From Fimicolochytrium jonesii (lineage: Eukaryota), in the NCBI RefSeq assembly GCF_025526975.1, contig NW_026515672.1, positions 868,001 through 932,000 on the forward strand: a stretch of 64,000 nt of DNA, given 5' to 3'. The translations under genes were made by a program, and so were the position numbers. The notes under the pieces were generated by a model. That model was not told where the DNA came from. It saw only the letters and a program-made list of their open reading frames with translations, and searched no databases. The first letter of the stretch is position 1. Each line of letters opens with the position of its first letter. Below, in pieces: positions 62,423-64,000 of the stretch.

Positions 62423-63297
62423 CGCGAACGGTATCTATCTCCGGTGTGATGTCAGGCGGAGCCTCCCCGAGTCCGCTGTGAGGAAAGTGAGTCTGTTGCA
62501 GTGATGGCAAGCAAGGCTATGAGGTGCAACTGCGTGGGAACTATCCCAATTGGGTCACTGTTATATGAACGCTGTAGCTCCGGCTGTGAAATGGACGCCG
62601 GTGGCGGCTGCTGCTATAGCTGGTGGCTGTCCTCTTCCTCTAATAGTTACTGTATGTACGGGCGGTAAAAGCAGCGTAAGTGCTGTATATGTAAGTTCTG
62701 TGCGTTCCAAAAGCCAGTCTCAACCCGCTAGTCCCGCTGGTTTGTTCCGCCCGTCGAACTTTTGAGAATGAATTGATAAAAGTTGTTGGACCGTTGGAGC
62801 GTGCTGGGATCTGTGTGGCGTGGGGTTGGTTGGGGGGGTACGTTCCACAAGTTGCTCTTCCATGCCCCTCCCCTGCGCAAAGGAAAGGACCAAGAGAAAA
62901 TATCGTATGGCCGTCATCATCAACGCAAGCCGAACCGTGGGATACGTGCGGGTTTCGGGCCCGGTAAGCGTACGCAAGTAATTGAAGTTGATCTTGAGGC
63001 TGCTGGAAGTGTTGATAACTCGATGCGGATGATTCATCATCATCTGTCTGATGAGTGGAATCCAGTTGGAGCCTGAGGAGCATCACCGGAAACCAGTGTT
63101 GAGGGAATCTTGACTTTTTTTGTTCATATGTCGCATGTCAAGGGACGGTTTCCAATGCTCGAAATGGCGTGTTTTACACCGTGACCCGATACTTCGGTAA
63201 GTTCCAAAAGACAGCCCCGATTGGCCCCAAGCCTTTTTTTTTGAAAGAAAGAAAAGAGCGGGGGGCAACATCGTCTTGCTCTCTTGCAAAGTCACTT

Positions 63298-63339
63298 CAG
63301 GTGCGTCGAAAGCCTACGCAGGTGCGTCGAAAGCCTACG
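63298..63339. repeat. Perfect tandem 21-bp duplication (CAGGTGCGTCGAAAGCCTACG) x2
   Basis: Directly visible in the sequence. Confidence 0.85.
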
Positions 63340-63435
63340 CATTTCTCGGTCATCAAGATTGTCACGGTTGCCCAACACAAAATTCGCACTCGACGAATCC
63401 CGGGAAGGCACTCCAACAAGGGTATTACAGCATAG

Positions 63436-63858
63436 ATGGGCAATAACTTTTCGGTCAACTGGATTTGCTGCAAGGAACAGAAACGCAAGTATCAACCTGA
63501 ATGCCAAGAAGTGAAGGAACTTCTCCAGGAAAAAGAAGCGCTCCGCTCCCAACTGAGGAACCGTGACACCGAAATCCGCAACCTCAAGGCCGAATTAAGA
63601 AAGCAGAAGGTCGTAACGAGAAAAGCGAAAAGCGAATTCCAAATGTTGCAGCTTGCTGGGATCCACATTCAGAACGAACTAGCCGCTATTCGCCCGCTCG
63701 CTGCAGGCACAGTCAGAACGCTCGCGGTCATCCACCTACAAACACGGTTAGCTGCACTTCCGGCCCTCGATGATATAGGCTTGGATTTCCCTGATGATCG
63801 ATGCAGTCCGCGTTTGCTGCCTGCGGGTGCCAAGCGTTTGCGGACCGTCTACGAATGA
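63436..63858 (+). CDS. Hypothetical small coiled-coil protein (140 aa)
   Basis: Open ORF with a heptad stretch (LLQEKEALRSQLRNRDTEIRNLKAELRK) and N-terminal MGNNFS..CC. Confidence 0.35.
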   Translation: MGNNFSVNWICCKEQKRKYQPECQEVKELLQEKEALRSQLRNRDTEIRNLKAELRKQKVVTRKAKSEFQMLQLAGIHIQNELAAIRPLAAGTVRTLAVIHLQTRLAALPALDDIGLDFPDDRCSPRLLPAGAKRLRTVYE

Positions 63859-64000
63859 GTTTCGACCCGCTGAGGGGGATAGGAATTCCTTGTGTATGGA
63901 AGCCTACTCCGGCAGAGAGTCGAGAGAACCTAAAGGAAAAGTGCCACGCTTAGTGAAAACAGAACTTTATAGACCAAAGTATCTCGCCGGGCGACAGTGA

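Overview
Gene-dense, intron-rich eukaryotic DNA with short GT-AG introns and CTAAC/CTGAC branch points. It is most likely from a zoosporic (chytrid-type) fungus. This is inferred from fungal-type septin, HAL/Hrk kinase and Dma1 genes occurring alongside a cilium-associated CCDC87-like gene, a Slo/BK channel and a cobalamin adenosyltransferase. The window holds about 21 confidently called protein genes, a few orphan ORFs and one tRNA-Leu(CAG). No prokaryotic systems, CRISPR arrays or transposons were seen. Most unusual: two intact but apparently catalytically altered enzymes (a carotenoid-oxygenase/RPE65-family protein lacking 2 of 4 Fe-binding His, and a Pus1/TruA-family protein with the catalytic Asp replaced by Glu and a repeat-bearing insert); a plant-type cycloeucalenol cycloisomerase (CPI1) in an apparent fungus; an intronless, mitochondrially targeted flavohemoglobin; a 5-nt septin micro-exon; and a TATA-preceded 66-aa orphan ORF. 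Family assignments come from motifs recognised by eye and from memory, not from database searches. Exon boundaries were read by hand.
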